Shown here: positions 35,081 to 43,545 of the stretch, piece by piece | Layout of the letters: each line of letters opens with the position of its first letter | How positions within the stretch are numbered: the first letter of the stretch is position 1 | Assembly (NCBI GenBank): GCA_030681555.1 | Contig: JAUXRW010000069.1 | Coordinates: forward strand, 702 to 64,701 | Direction: 5' to 3' | Length of the DNA: 64,000 nucleotides | Source of the DNA: Acidimicrobiales bacterium | GTDB lineage: Bacteria > Actinomycetota > Acidimicrobiia > Acidimicrobiales > VFJN01 | Made by a program: the position numbers and the translations under genes | The notes under the pieces: model-generated | Databases searched by the model: none | What the model saw: the letters and a program-made list of their open reading frames with translations, nothing else | Told to the model about the DNA's origin: nothing

Positions 35081-36490
35081 CTACAGCCGCAGGGCGGCGA
35101 GCGAGGCCACCTCGGACCGCTCGCAGTGCGACAGCCGCACGTGACCGAAGCAGCGCTCCCCGTCGAAGGCGTCGATGAGCACCGACACCGCGTTGTTGTG
35201 CTCGGAGAGGTACGGCGCGTCGATCTGGCTGGTGTCGCCGGTGAACACCACCTTGGTGCCCTCGCCCACGCGGGTGAGGATCGTCTTCAGCGTCGTGGGC
35301 TCGAGGTTCTGGGCTTCGTCGACGAGGACGTAGGTGCCCTGCAGCGAGCGGCCCCGGAGGTAGGTGACCGCCTCGAGGGAGAGCTTTTCGCGCTCGGTCA
35401 GCTCGTCGAGCACGGCCCGGGCGTCGGCGTGGCTGCGCCGCTCCGTGAGCGCGACCAGCGCGTCGTGGACTGCGATCATCCACGGGTTCAGCTTCTCGTC
35501 GAGCGTGCCGGGCAGGAAGCCGAGCTCGGCCTTTCCGACCGGAACGACCGGGCGGTAGACGGCCACCTTGTCGTAGAGCGCCGACTCCATCACCTGCTCG
35601 AGCCCGGCGGCGAGGGCCAGCACCGTCTTGCCCGTGCCCGCCATGCCGTCGAGGGCGACCACCCGCACCTCGGGGTCGAGCAGCAGGTCGAGCGCGAACT
35701 GCTGCTCCTTGCTGCGCGGGCGGAGGCCCCACGGCTCCGGCACCCGGAGCATCGGCTCGAGCTCGCCGTCGACGTGGCGGACGAGGGCCGACTGGCTGCC
35801 CGATCGCAGCACGGCGTAACGGTCGGTGAGCTCGGCCTGTAGCCGCTCGGCGTCGTCCGGCTCGAGCTCGTCGAGGCCGAGGCCCGTGGGGTTGGCGTAG
35901 ACGCGGTCGACCACGGCTGGGCTGACCTCGATGGTGCGCCACCCGACCGGTCGCTCGATGGTGGTGCGGCCCCGCCGGCGCTGGTGCTCCATCGCCTCCA
36001 ACCCCAGCTGGGCGGCCTTGATCCGCAGTGCGGCGTCGTTGGAGACGACCACGGTGCGCCCGTGCACCGCTTGGCCCAGCGAGGCCGCCAGGATCCGGTT
36101 GTCGTTCTTCGTCGGATCGAGCCCGTGTTCGCGGATCTCGTTCAGGTGCAGGCCGTTGGTCTCGATGCGCAGCGTGCCACCGGTGGGCAGGGTCACGGGG
36201 GTGCGGATGTCGCCGCCGTTGGCCACGCGCAGCTCTTCGATGCTGCGGATCACCGCCCGGGCGGCGCGTCCGACGTCGTCCATCCGGGACTTGTGCTGGT
36301 CGAGCTCCTCCACCACCACCAGGGGGATGATCGTGTCCGCCCCCGGGAACGCGGTGATCGAGTCAGGGTCCGAGATGAGGACCGACGTGTCGAGCACCAT
36401 CCGGGTTGTCACCGTCGCGTCGGGCGGTCCCTCCGGCTCGCTGGGCTCGGGCGCATCGAGGCGCGCCTGATCGGCAAGGAGATCGGTCAA
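35081..36490 (-). CDS. phoH2: PhoH2: PIN-domain RNase fused to PhoH-like ATPase
   Basis: MVLDTSVLISDP...VVVEELD PIN motifs, Walker A GMAGTGKT, and VLVDEAQN. The longest form starts at TTG 36490; GTG 36412 and ATG 36400 are alternatives. Confidence 0.9.
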   Translation of the reverse strand: MTDLLADQARLDAPEPSEPEGPPDATVTTRMVLDTSVLISDPDSITAFPGADTIIPLVVVEELDQHKSRMDDVGRAARAVIRSIEELRVANGGDIRTPVTLPTGGTLRIETNGLHLNEIREHGLDPTKNDNRILAASLGQAVHGRTVVVSNDAALRIKAAQLGLEAMEHQRRRGRTTIERPVGWRTIEVSPAVVDRVYANPTGLGLDELEPDDAERLQAELTDRYAVLRSGSQSALVRHVDGELEPMLRVPEPWGLRPRSKEQQFALDLLLDPEVRVVALDGMAGTGKTVLALAAGLEQVMESALYDKVAVYRPVVPVGKAELGFLPGTLDEKLNPWMIAVHDALVALTERRSHADARAVLDELTEREKLSLEAVTYLRGRSLQGTYVLVDEAQNLEPTTLKTILTRVGEGTKVVFTGDTSQIDAPYLSEHNNAVSVLIDAFDGERCFGHVRLSHCERSEVASLAALRL

Positions 36491-36565
36491 GGAACCCCCA
36501 ACGTGTGGCTAACGGGTGGGTGGGCTGCGTCACCGAGGTGAAGTGTCTCGCGCCGACGGTGCGCG

Positions 36566-36787
36566 GTGGCGGATGGTGCTCGGGTGGCGCCCAACGAGCT
36601 GGCCTGGCCCTTCGCCGACGTCGCGCCCGCCGAGGGCGGGTGCGTCGACGTCGACGGCGACCGCACAGCCGTGCTCACCGCAGAACTGGCCGACGCCACG
36701 CAGATCACCGTGTGGACGGATCGGCCGGGGGCACGTGGCAGCTCGCGGTCCGGGCCATGCCCGGGCGAGGTGCGCTGCCGTCCGTAG
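36566..36787 (+). CDS. possible small ORF upstream of the HIT gene (hypothetical)
   Basis: 73 codons with high GC3 and protein-like composition (VAPNELAWPFADVAPAEGGCVDVDGDRTAVLTAELADATQITVW). The antisense frame is also open, so coding status is unresolved. Confidence 0.3.
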   Translation: MADGARVAPNELAWPFADVAPAEGGCVDVDGDRTAVLTAELADATQITVWTDRPGARGSSRSGPCPGEVRCRP

Positions 36788-36813
36788 AGGCGGCCGCCCG
36801 ATAGGTTCGGCGG

Positions 36814-37236
36814 GTGGCCCGGGCCTGCGTCTTCTGCTCGATCCTCGCCGGTGACACGCCCGCCTTCGTCGTGCTCGACGACGACGTGGCGCTCGGCTTC
36901 CTCGACGTCCGCCCGCTGTTCCACGGCCACGTGCTGGTGGTCCCGCGTGCGCACGTCGAAACCCTCACCGAGCTGCCGGTGAAGGGCGTGGCGCCACTGT
37001 TCGAGCGGGTGCAGGCCATGGCCGGGGCGGTGGAGCGGGCGTGTGGTGCCAAGGGCACCTTCGTCGCGATGAACAACCGCGTCAGCCAGAGTGTCCCGCA
37101 CCTGCACGTGCACGTCGTCCCCCGCACAAAGGGCGACGGCCTCAAGGGGTTCTTCTGGCCCCGCACGCGGTACGACAGCGACGAGGAGGCCGCTGCGGTG
37201 GCGGCGTCGATCAGGGAGGCCTTCGCCTCGGGCTAG
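36814..37236 (+). CDS. HIT family hydrolase
   Basis: CVFCSILAG...SVPHLHVHVVPR histidine triad. Confidence 0.9.
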   Translation: MARACVFCSILAGDTPAFVVLDDDVALGFLDVRPLFHGHVLVVPRAHVETLTELPVKGVAPLFERVQAMAGAVERACGAKGTFVAMNNRVSQSVPHLHVHVVPRTKGDGLKGFFWPRTRYDSDEEAAAVAASIREAFASG

Positions 37237-38669
37237 GCGACCCGGCTGTACTTCTCGACGTCGCCGGCGTCGACCCCGGTGGCCTCGACGAGCTCCGCGA
37301 GGGCCGAGTGGAGGTTGTCGGCGAGCGCCCAGACGTCGTCGAGGACGTCCGGACAGGCCAGCAGCCCGAAGTCGAGCTGGTCGAGGTAGCTCATCACCGT
37401 CATGTTGAGGCCGGTGCCGTCGATGATCGGGCCGACCGGGAAGTTGGCCACGAGGCGCGCCCCCGCCGAGTACAGCGTGAAGGGCGGCCCCGGCACGTTC
37501 GAGATGGTGACGTTGAAAAGCGGCCGGTGCAGGTCGGCGAACTTCATGCGGGAGTAGAGGCGCGCCGCCCGGCCCAGCACCGCCGGGGCAGCGAACTCGG
37601 CCCACTCCTGCAGGGTGTCCGCGCCGATGGCCTGCTGCTGCGTCTTGGCCTCGGCCATGACCTCGTGGATCACCTGCAGGCGGTCCACGGGATCGTCCAC
37701 GTCGGTGGCCAGGGACGCCAGCATCGAGCTGACCTTGTTGCCGCCGGCGTCGCGCTCGTCCTCGCTGCGGACCGACACCGGCACCATCGCCACGAGGGAG
37801 CTGTCGACGTGCTCGCCGCGATCGTCGAGGTACGTCCTCAGCGCACCGGCGCAGAGCCCGAGCACCACGTCGTTCACGGTGCAGCCCACCGCGGCCTTCA
37901 CGGCCTTCACGGTCGGGAGGTCGACGGAGGTGTAGGCGTAGCTGCGGCGCGGGGTGAGCGCCGTGTTGAACGACGTGCGGGGAGCGGCGAAGGGAGCCGG
38001 CGGGAGCACGGAGGCGTTGGACTCCTGGCCGAGGCGCCGCACCTCCAGGCCGGCCTTGGCCGTGCGGACCAGGGCCTTGGCCACGCGCAGAGGCTGGCGG
38101 GCCAGCGAGGTGGCGGCGTAGCCGAGCAGCTCGACGTCGGTGGGCTGCCGATCGGGCGCCCACTCCTCGTCGGGCTCGTGGTGCGCCACCTCGGGGGAGA
38201 GGTCGAGCAGGGCGAGGAGGAGCTCGTTGCCAGCGGCGCCGTCGATAGCGGCGTGGTGCACCTTGCTGAGCAGGCCGACGTTGCCACCCTCGAGCCCCTC
38301 GATGAGCCAGATCTCCCAGAGCGGCCGGGTGCGGTCGAGCGGGAGCGCGACCAGCCGGCTCACCAGGTTCGACAGCTCCTTCGTGCCACCGGGCGCCGGG
38401 ATGGCGGTGTGGCGGACGTGGTTGCGGATGTCGAAGTCGCGGTCCTCGACCCAGAGGGGGTGGTGCAGGCCGAGCGGCACGTTGGCTAGCCGGCGGCGGA
38501 ACGGCGGGGCCAGGTGGAGGCGCTGGCCGTAGATCTCGATCACGGACTCGAGGGAGACGCCGCCCTCGACCTCGGAGGGGTCGAAAATGCCGAGGCTCGC
38601 CACGTGCATGTGGGACGACGGCGTCTCGAGGGCGAGGAACGAGGCGTCCAGACCGGTCAGTCGCTGCAT
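37233..38669 (-). CDS. wax ester synthase/diacylglycerol acyltransferase (WS/DGAT)
   Basis: LDASFLALE..., HHAAIDGAAG active-site motif, NVPGP near the C-terminus. It shares a CTAG stop overlap with the HIT gene. Confidence 0.9.
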   Translation of the reverse strand: MQRLTGLDASFLALETPSSHMHVASLGIFDPSEVEGGVSLESVIEIYGQRLHLAPPFRRRLANVPLGLHHPLWVEDRDFDIRNHVRHTAIPAPGGTKELSNLVSRLVALPLDRTRPLWEIWLIEGLEGGNVGLLSKVHHAAIDGAAGNELLLALLDLSPEVAHHEPDEEWAPDRQPTDVELLGYAATSLARQPLRVAKALVRTAKAGLEVRRLGQESNASVLPPAPFAAPRTSFNTALTPRRSYAYTSVDLPTVKAVKAAVGCTVNDVVLGLCAGALRTYLDDRGEHVDSSLVAMVPVSVRSEDERDAGGNKVSSMLASLATDVDDPVDRLQVIHEVMAEAKTQQQAIGADTLQEWAEFAAPAVLGRAARLYSRMKFADLHRPLFNVTISNVPGPPFTLYSAGARLVANFPVGPIIDGTGLNMTVMSYLDQLDFGLLACPDVLDDVWALADNLHSALAELVEATGVDAGDVEKYSRVA

Positions 38670-38705
38670 GAGGTCCCCTTCCTGTCGGCTCGCGGCACCT
38701 TCCTA

Positions 38706-38936
38706 CTACCGATCCAGCGCCACGGCGGGCGCGCCTTCGCGAATCGTGAGCGTCGCCGGCAGGCCCAGGCAGTCGAGCTCGTCCACCCCCAGCCCCTCCG
38801 CCCGGAGCGACACGACCTCGCCCTTGTGGGGCCCGGAGAGAATCGTGAGGTCGAGGTGGAGACCCGGCTGCCCGCCCGCCCCCGCGTCCGGCGTCGCATC
38901 CACCACGAACGCGTCGTATACCCCGTCGTCCAGCAT
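38706..38936 (-). CDS. small hypothetical protein
   Basis: 76 aa, MLDDGVYDAFVVDATPD...LTILSGPHKGEVVSL. High GC3. Confidence 0.55.
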   Translation of the reverse strand: MLDDGVYDAFVVDATPDAGAGGQPGLHLDLTILSGPHKGEVVSLRAEGLGVDELDCLGLPATLTIREGAPAVALDR

Positions 38937-39021
38937 CCGCCCAGGCTCGCGCACCCCGAGGCCCGGCACGAGTGGCCCGCGGCAGGTGTTCGGAGCGGCG
39001 AGGATGGGAAGCGTGAGCGGC

Positions 39022-39576
39022 ATGGAACGATCGGCCCGCGGACGTCTGCTGGTGGCCGAGCCCATGCTGGGCGACCCGAACTTCGACCGCACGGTCGTGT
39101 TCATGATCGAGCACAACGAGGACGGCGCCCTCGGCCTGGTGCTCAACCGCCCCACCGACGTGCTGATCGCCGAGGCGCTCCCGGACTGGCGCGATCTGGC
39201 CAGCCACCCGGCGCTGCTCCACGTCGGCGGGCCGGTCGAGGAGCGCAGCGGCTGGTGCCTGGCGCGCGCCATCGACCCGCCGGAGATCGGCGGGTTCGTC
39301 CCGGTCATCGGCGACCTCGGCCTGCTGGACCTGTCCCTCGACCCCGATGCGCTGCGGACCTCGCTCTCCGCCCTGCGCCTCTACGCCGGCTACTCGGGCT
39401 GGGGCCCGGGCCAGCTCGACGACGAATTGGGCGCCGACGCCTGGTTCGTGCTGGACGCCGAGGTCGACGACCCCTTTCTCGACGACAGCGCGGACCTGTG
39501 GCCGCGGATCCTCGCCCGGCAGGGGGGCTCGCTCTCCCGCCTCGCGCTGTTCCCCCGAGATCCGTCGCTGAACTAG
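39022..39576 (+). CDS. YqgE/AlgH family protein (UPF0301)
   Basis: GRLLVAEPMLGDPNFDRTVVFMIEHNEDGALGLVLNRP...YAGYSGWGPGQLDDE. Confidence 0.85.
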   Translation: MERSARGRLLVAEPMLGDPNFDRTVVFMIEHNEDGALGLVLNRPTDVLIAEALPDWRDLASHPALLHVGGPVEERSGWCLARAIDPPEIGGFVPVIGDLGLLDLSLDPDALRTSLSALRLYAGYSGWGPGQLDDELGADAWFVLDAEVDDPFLDDSADLWPRILARQGGSLSRLALFPRDPSLN

Positions 39577-39589
39577 CCCGGCCGCCGGG

Positions 39590-40327
39590 CTAGAGCTCCG
39601 TGAGGAGCTTGAACGCCTCGCCTTCCGCGACGCCCTCGCGCGCTCCGTGCTCCACGAGCTCGCTGCGGATCCGCTCCTCGAACGCCGCGCTCTGGCGCGC
39701 CGCTTCGGCCGGGTCGGCCCGCTGGTCGATGTGCATGGTCGACAGCAGCTGGCTGGCGTGCGCGTGCAGCGCAGCCAGCTTGGCGTCCGCGAAGCCGGCG
39801 ACGTCCTCGACGTGATCTGGCTCGTCCGCCTCGAAGAGCAGCAGCGCGTCGGGCCGGTGGTGGGGGAGCGCCTGCTCCGGGAAGAAGTGCGGGTCCCGCG
39901 CGGCGACGACGCCCTCCACGGCGAGCAGCCCCGCATGGCGGTGGTCGGGGTGGAGGCGGTAGCGCTTCCACGGGTCGTGGCCGAGCACGACCGTGGGCAA
40001 GAGGCGCCGGATCCAGTAGGCCACCTCCCAGCGCTGACGCAGCCCGGACTCGAGCTCGCCGTCGGGCCACCCGAGGAAGGTGCACTCGCCGGTGGCGCCC
40101 AGCGCCTTCGCGGCCCCCCGCTGCTCCTGCTGACGGGTGACGACGAGGGCTGCGGTGTCGGCGTGCGCGTCCCAGCTGCCCTTCGACCCGTCCGTGCAGA
40201 CGAGGTGGTGCACGGTGCAACCGGCGGCCGCCCACTTCGCCAGCGTGGCGCCACACCCGAACTCGATGTCGTCCGGGTGGGCGCCGATGGCCAGCACGAC
40301 GCTCGGCGTCGGGAGGTTCAGCGACAT
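39590..40327 (-). CDS. PIG-L/LmbE family deacetylase
   Basis: VLAIGAHPDDIEFGCGATLAKW and HPDHRHAG motifs. Confidence 0.85.
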   Translation of the reverse strand: MSLNLPTPSVVLAIGAHPDDIEFGCGATLAKWAAAGCTVHHLVCTDGSKGSWDAHADTAALVVTRQQEQRGAAKALGATGECTFLGWPDGELESGLRQRWEVAYWIRRLLPTVVLGHDPWKRYRLHPDHRHAGLLAVEGVVAARDPHFFPEQALPHHRPDALLLFEADEPDHVEDVAGFADAKLAALHAHASQLLSTMHIDQRADPAEAARQSAAFEERIRSELVEHGAREGVAEGEAFKLLTEL

Positions 40328-40896
40328 GTCACCGCGCCGGGGAGGGGGACGTCGAGGTCCTCCGGCCGGTCGACGTCCCAGCCGAGGCGCACGTCCGTGA
40401 CCGTGCGGAGCGGCAGGCCCAGGCGGCGAGCCTCGTCCTGGTGGCGGAGGAAGCTGCCGGCGCCGTAGGCGAAGGTGAAGCCGGCCCCCGTCGGAACGGA
40501 CGCGACGTTGGTGCCGTCGCCGTGCCGGTCGGGCACCAGCGTGACGCCCTCGGCTCGGGCCACCCAGGCCAGGTCGGTGGCCAGGGGCAGGTCGGCGTGG
40601 GCCACGATGGCCTGGGCGATGCCGTGCTGCGCCAGGTGGTCGATGCCGGCGAGTACGGCGCCGTTGAGGCCGAGGCCGGCGGCCCACAGCACCTCCACGC
40701 GCTGCTCGTCCGCCCAGGCGCGCACCGCTGCGTCGTCGCACACCACTACCACCGGCAGGGACCCCGCCGCCCGGACGACAATGGTGGCCATGGAGCGGGC
40801 CAGGTCGGCGCGCTCGTCGTCGTCCAGCACGGCGGCCAGCCGGCGCTTGGCCTGTCCGAAGGCCTTGACCGGGATCAGCACCGCCGTCGGTCCCAT
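40318..40896 (-). CDS. cofC: 2-phospho-L-lactate/phosphoenolpyruvate guanylyltransferase (F420 biosynthesis)
   Basis: AVLIPVKAFGQAKRRLA... is a CofC/FbiD N-terminus in a protein of 192 aa. It overlaps the downstream PIG-L gene by 10 nt. Confidence 0.75.
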   Translation of the reverse strand: MGPTAVLIPVKAFGQAKRRLAAVLDDDERADLARSMATIVVRAAGSLPVVVVCDDAAVRAWADEQRVEVLWAAGLGLNGAVLAGIDHLAQHGIAQAIVAHADLPLATDLAWVARAEGVTLVPDRHGDGTNVASVPTGAGFTFAYGAGSFLRHQDEARRLGLPLRTVTDVRLGWDVDRPEDLDVPLPGAVTCR

Positions 40897-40940
40897 GGCC
40901 GGAGCCTACGGGGGCGGTGGCGGCGTCGTAACCTCCGCCC

Positions 40941-41951
40941 ATGTCGATGCAGGTGGCCGTGATCGGGGCCGGATCGTGGGGCACCACCGTGGCCCACCTC
41001 TGCGCCAGCAACGCGCCCACCACCCTGTGGGCCCGCCGCGAGGACGTCGCGGCCGAGGTGCGCGACCACCACTGCAACACCGCCTACCTGTCGGGCTACC
41101 AGCTCACGCCGAGCCTCCACGCGACGGCCTCTTTGGAGGAGGCAGTGGGCTCCGCGGACCTGCTGGTCATGGGCGTGCCCTCGCACGGCATGCGCGCGAC
41201 GGCCAAGAAGCTGTCGCCCTACCTTCGACCGTGGGTGCCGGTCGTGAGCCTGTCGAAGGGCCTCGAGCAGGGCACGAAGCTGCGCATGACGCAGGTGCTG
41301 GGGCAGGAGCTCCCCGGGCGCCCCGTCGGTCTCCTCACCGGCCCCAACCTGGCCAAGGAGATCCTCGCCGGGGACGCGGCGGCCAGCGTGATCGCGATGG
41401 AGGACCGCAGCATCGCCAACGCCCTGCAGGAGGTTTTCGCCACCGATCTCTTCCGCGTCTACACGAACCACGATGTCATCGGCTGCGAGGTGGCAGGCGC
41501 GCTGAAGAACGTGATCGCGATCGCGTCCGGCATGGCCGACGGCCTCGGGACGGGCGACAACACGCGCGCTGCGGTCATCACGCGCGGGCTGGCCGAGCTC
41601 ACGCGCTTGGGTTGCGCAATGGGCGGCGAGCCGATGACCTTCGCCGGCCTCGCCGGCATGGGCGATCTCATCGCCACGTGCATCTCCACCCAGAGCCGCA
41701 ACCGGTACGTGGGCGAGCAGCTCGGCAAGGGGCGCGGCATCGAGGAGATCATCGCCGAGATGAGCATGGTCGCCGAAGGCGTGAAGACTTCGCGGGTGGT
41801 GATGGAGCTCGGCCGCGACCACGGGGTGGTGCTCCCGATCGCCGAGTCCGTGTACGGCGTGGTGCACGAGGGCAGGCGGGCGGCCGACGCCTACCGGGGC
41901 CTGCTGGGCCGCAACATGAGCTCGGAGATGCACGGGATGCCCGACGCCTGA
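40941..41951 (+). CDS. gpsA: NAD(P)H-dependent glycerol-3-phosphate dehydrogenase
   Basis: VAVIGAGSWGTTVA, GPNLAKE, NVIAIASG and EG motifs. Confidence 0.9.
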   Translation: MSMQVAVIGAGSWGTTVAHLCASNAPTTLWARREDVAAEVRDHHCNTAYLSGYQLTPSLHATASLEEAVGSADLLVMGVPSHGMRATAKKLSPYLRPWVPVVSLSKGLEQGTKLRMTQVLGQELPGRPVGLLTGPNLAKEILAGDAAASVIAMEDRSIANALQEVFATDLFRVYTNHDVIGCEVAGALKNVIAIASGMADGLGTGDNTRAAVITRGLAELTRLGCAMGGEPMTFAGLAGMGDLIATCISTQSRNRYVGEQLGKGRGIEEIIAEMSMVAEGVKTSRVVMELGRDHGVVLPIAESVYGVVHEGRRAADAYRGLLGRNMSSEMHGMPDA

Positions 41952-41955
41952 TCTG

Positions 41956-43545
41956 ATGGCGGTCATGGCGACAGTGGTGGGCAACCTCTACGCGCCGCAT
42001 CGCGCGCGGGTCGACCGCGCTGGCACGGTCACCCTCGACGGGGCCGCCTGGTCGTTGGCCTGGTGGATCGGAGCAGAGGACCGCTGGCACGTGCCGGCCG
42101 ACGAGATCACGGTCCGCCAGGCGCTGCTCGGCTCCACCCCCGTGGTAGAGACCCGCGTCCGGGTGCCGAGCGGCGACGCTGTCCAACGGGTCTACGCCGC
42201 CATCGACGCTCGGGGCGCCCAGGCGGTGGTGGTGGAGGTGGAGAACGAGACCAAGGTGCCCTTCGCGGTGGCACTGGCCGTCCGGCCGCTGCCAGGGCCC
42301 GGTGCGGGCGGCGTTGGCGAGGTGGCCGTCGACGGTGCCGTCGTGCTCGTCGGCGGACGTCGCGTGCTCGACGCCGGCAAGGCGCCGGGCCGGGTCGCCG
42401 TGTGCGACGGCACGGACGACGTGGCGACCATCGTGCTCGCCGGCGCAGCCGCCGACACCACGCAGGCTTACGTGCGCTGTGCCGAGGGCGGCGCGCAGGC
42501 GGCGATCGTCTTCCCGTTGGCGCACACGGCCGTCATGCGGGTGGTCCTGCCCCTACCCCCCGGCGGGGAGGTGCAGGCGGACCTGCTCCCTGACGTCGCC
42601 CAGGTGGTGTCGGGCTGGCAGGCGCAGACGAGTCGTGGTGCCCGCATCGTCGTGCCCGACCGCACCCTACAGGCGGCGGTGGAAAGCTCCGTGCGCCACC
42701 TCCTGCTCGTGGCTAACGAGGTGGCGGCCGTCGCCCCGCTGACCCGCTTCGGCTTCGGCGCCGAGGTGGCCGAGGGGCTGCTCACGGATCCCCTGGCCGC
42801 AGCGGCTGCGGCGCCGACGCCCGGGTCGGCGCTGCACGCCGTGGCCGGGCGATGGCGCGATCGCCACGACGCGGTCACGGCGGAGCTCGCCCCCGCCGTT
42901 GTGGCCCACCTCGTCGTCGAGCTCGGCAACGTGCGCCAGCCGGCCGAGCTGCGCTTCGGCGCGGCGGGGGCGGAGGCGGCGGCATCCCTGCTCGCCACCG
43001 CCGGCCAGCGGCGGGCGGCGAAGGACGCTCGACGGGCGGCCGGCGCGCTGGCCCGCCGGGCCGCCGAGCAGCGGGGGCCTGAGGTCGGCGCGACCCTCCG
43101 GCGGCTCACCGAGCACCTCGCCGCCGCCGCACCGACGTGGACGTGGCCCGACGGCGCACCGGGGAACGCCGAGGTTCTGCTCTTGGCCGCGGAGCTCCTC
43201 GCCCGGGAGGCCGACGGCCCGGAGCGGATTCTGGAGCTGGCCCCGGTCGTGCCCGACCGCTGGCTGGGCCAGGGGTGGGAGGTGCACGACCTCATCACCG
43301 CCTATGGCCGCCTCTCCTACGCCGTGCGCTGGCACGGCGACCGCCCCGCCCTCCTGTGGGACGTCAGCGCGCCCAGCGACGCTCCGCCCGTGCGCCTGCT
43401 CGCCCCGGGCCTCGATCCCACCTGGTCGTCGACTGCGGCGAAGGGGGAGGCACTGCTCCAGCCGGTCGCGCTGCCGGAGCCGGCGCCCAGTCGCGGCGTC
43501 AGCACGCCGGTGGCCCTCGGCCGGCGACCGGTCGATCCGACGTGA
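41956..43545 (+). CDS. hypothetical protein (529 aa)
   Basis: Long high-GC3 ORF starting 5 nt after gpsA. No domain recognised by eye. Confidence 0.7.
   Translation: MAVMATVVGNLYAPHRARVDRAGTVTLDGAAWSLAWWIGAEDRWHVPADEITVRQALLGSTPVVETRVRVPSGDAVQRVYAAIDARGAQAVVVEVENETKVPFAVALAVRPLPGPGAGGVGEVAVDGAVVLVGGRRVLDAGKAPGRVAVCDGTDDVATIVLAGAAADTTQAYVRCAEGGAQAAIVFPLAHTAVMRVVLPLPPGGEVQADLLPDVAQVVSGWQAQTSRGARIVVPDRTLQAAVESSVRHLLLVANEVAAVAPLTRFGFGAEVAEGLLTDPLAAAAAAPTPGSALHAVAGRWRDRHDAVTAELAPAVVAHLVVELGNVRQPAELRFGAAGAEAAASLLATAGQRRAAKDARRAAGALARRAAEQRGPEVGATLRRLTEHLAAAAPTWTWPDGAPGNAEVLLLAAELLAREADGPERILELAPVVPDRWLGQGWEVHDLITAYGRLSYAVRWHGDRPALLWDVSAPSDAPPVRLLAPGLDPTWSSTAAKGEALLQPVALPEPAPSRGVSTPVALGRRPVDPT

Noticed and set aside
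36487-40254. 1255-aa minus-strand ORF, the longest in the track.
   Set aside because: It is an Arg/Ala/Pro/Gly-rich shadow frame. It crosses well-supported genes on both strands (HIT, WS/DGAT, YqgE, PIG-L). This is typical of long spurious ORFs in very high-GC DNA.
27854-41080. Upper halves of several fused long minus ORFs (27854..29632, 24170..26521, 31455..33374, 33486..34958, 39590..41080).
   Set aside because: In each case the recognisable protein begins at an internal start with RBS or stop-start coupling. The upstream half is low-complexity sequence overlapping another well-supported gene.
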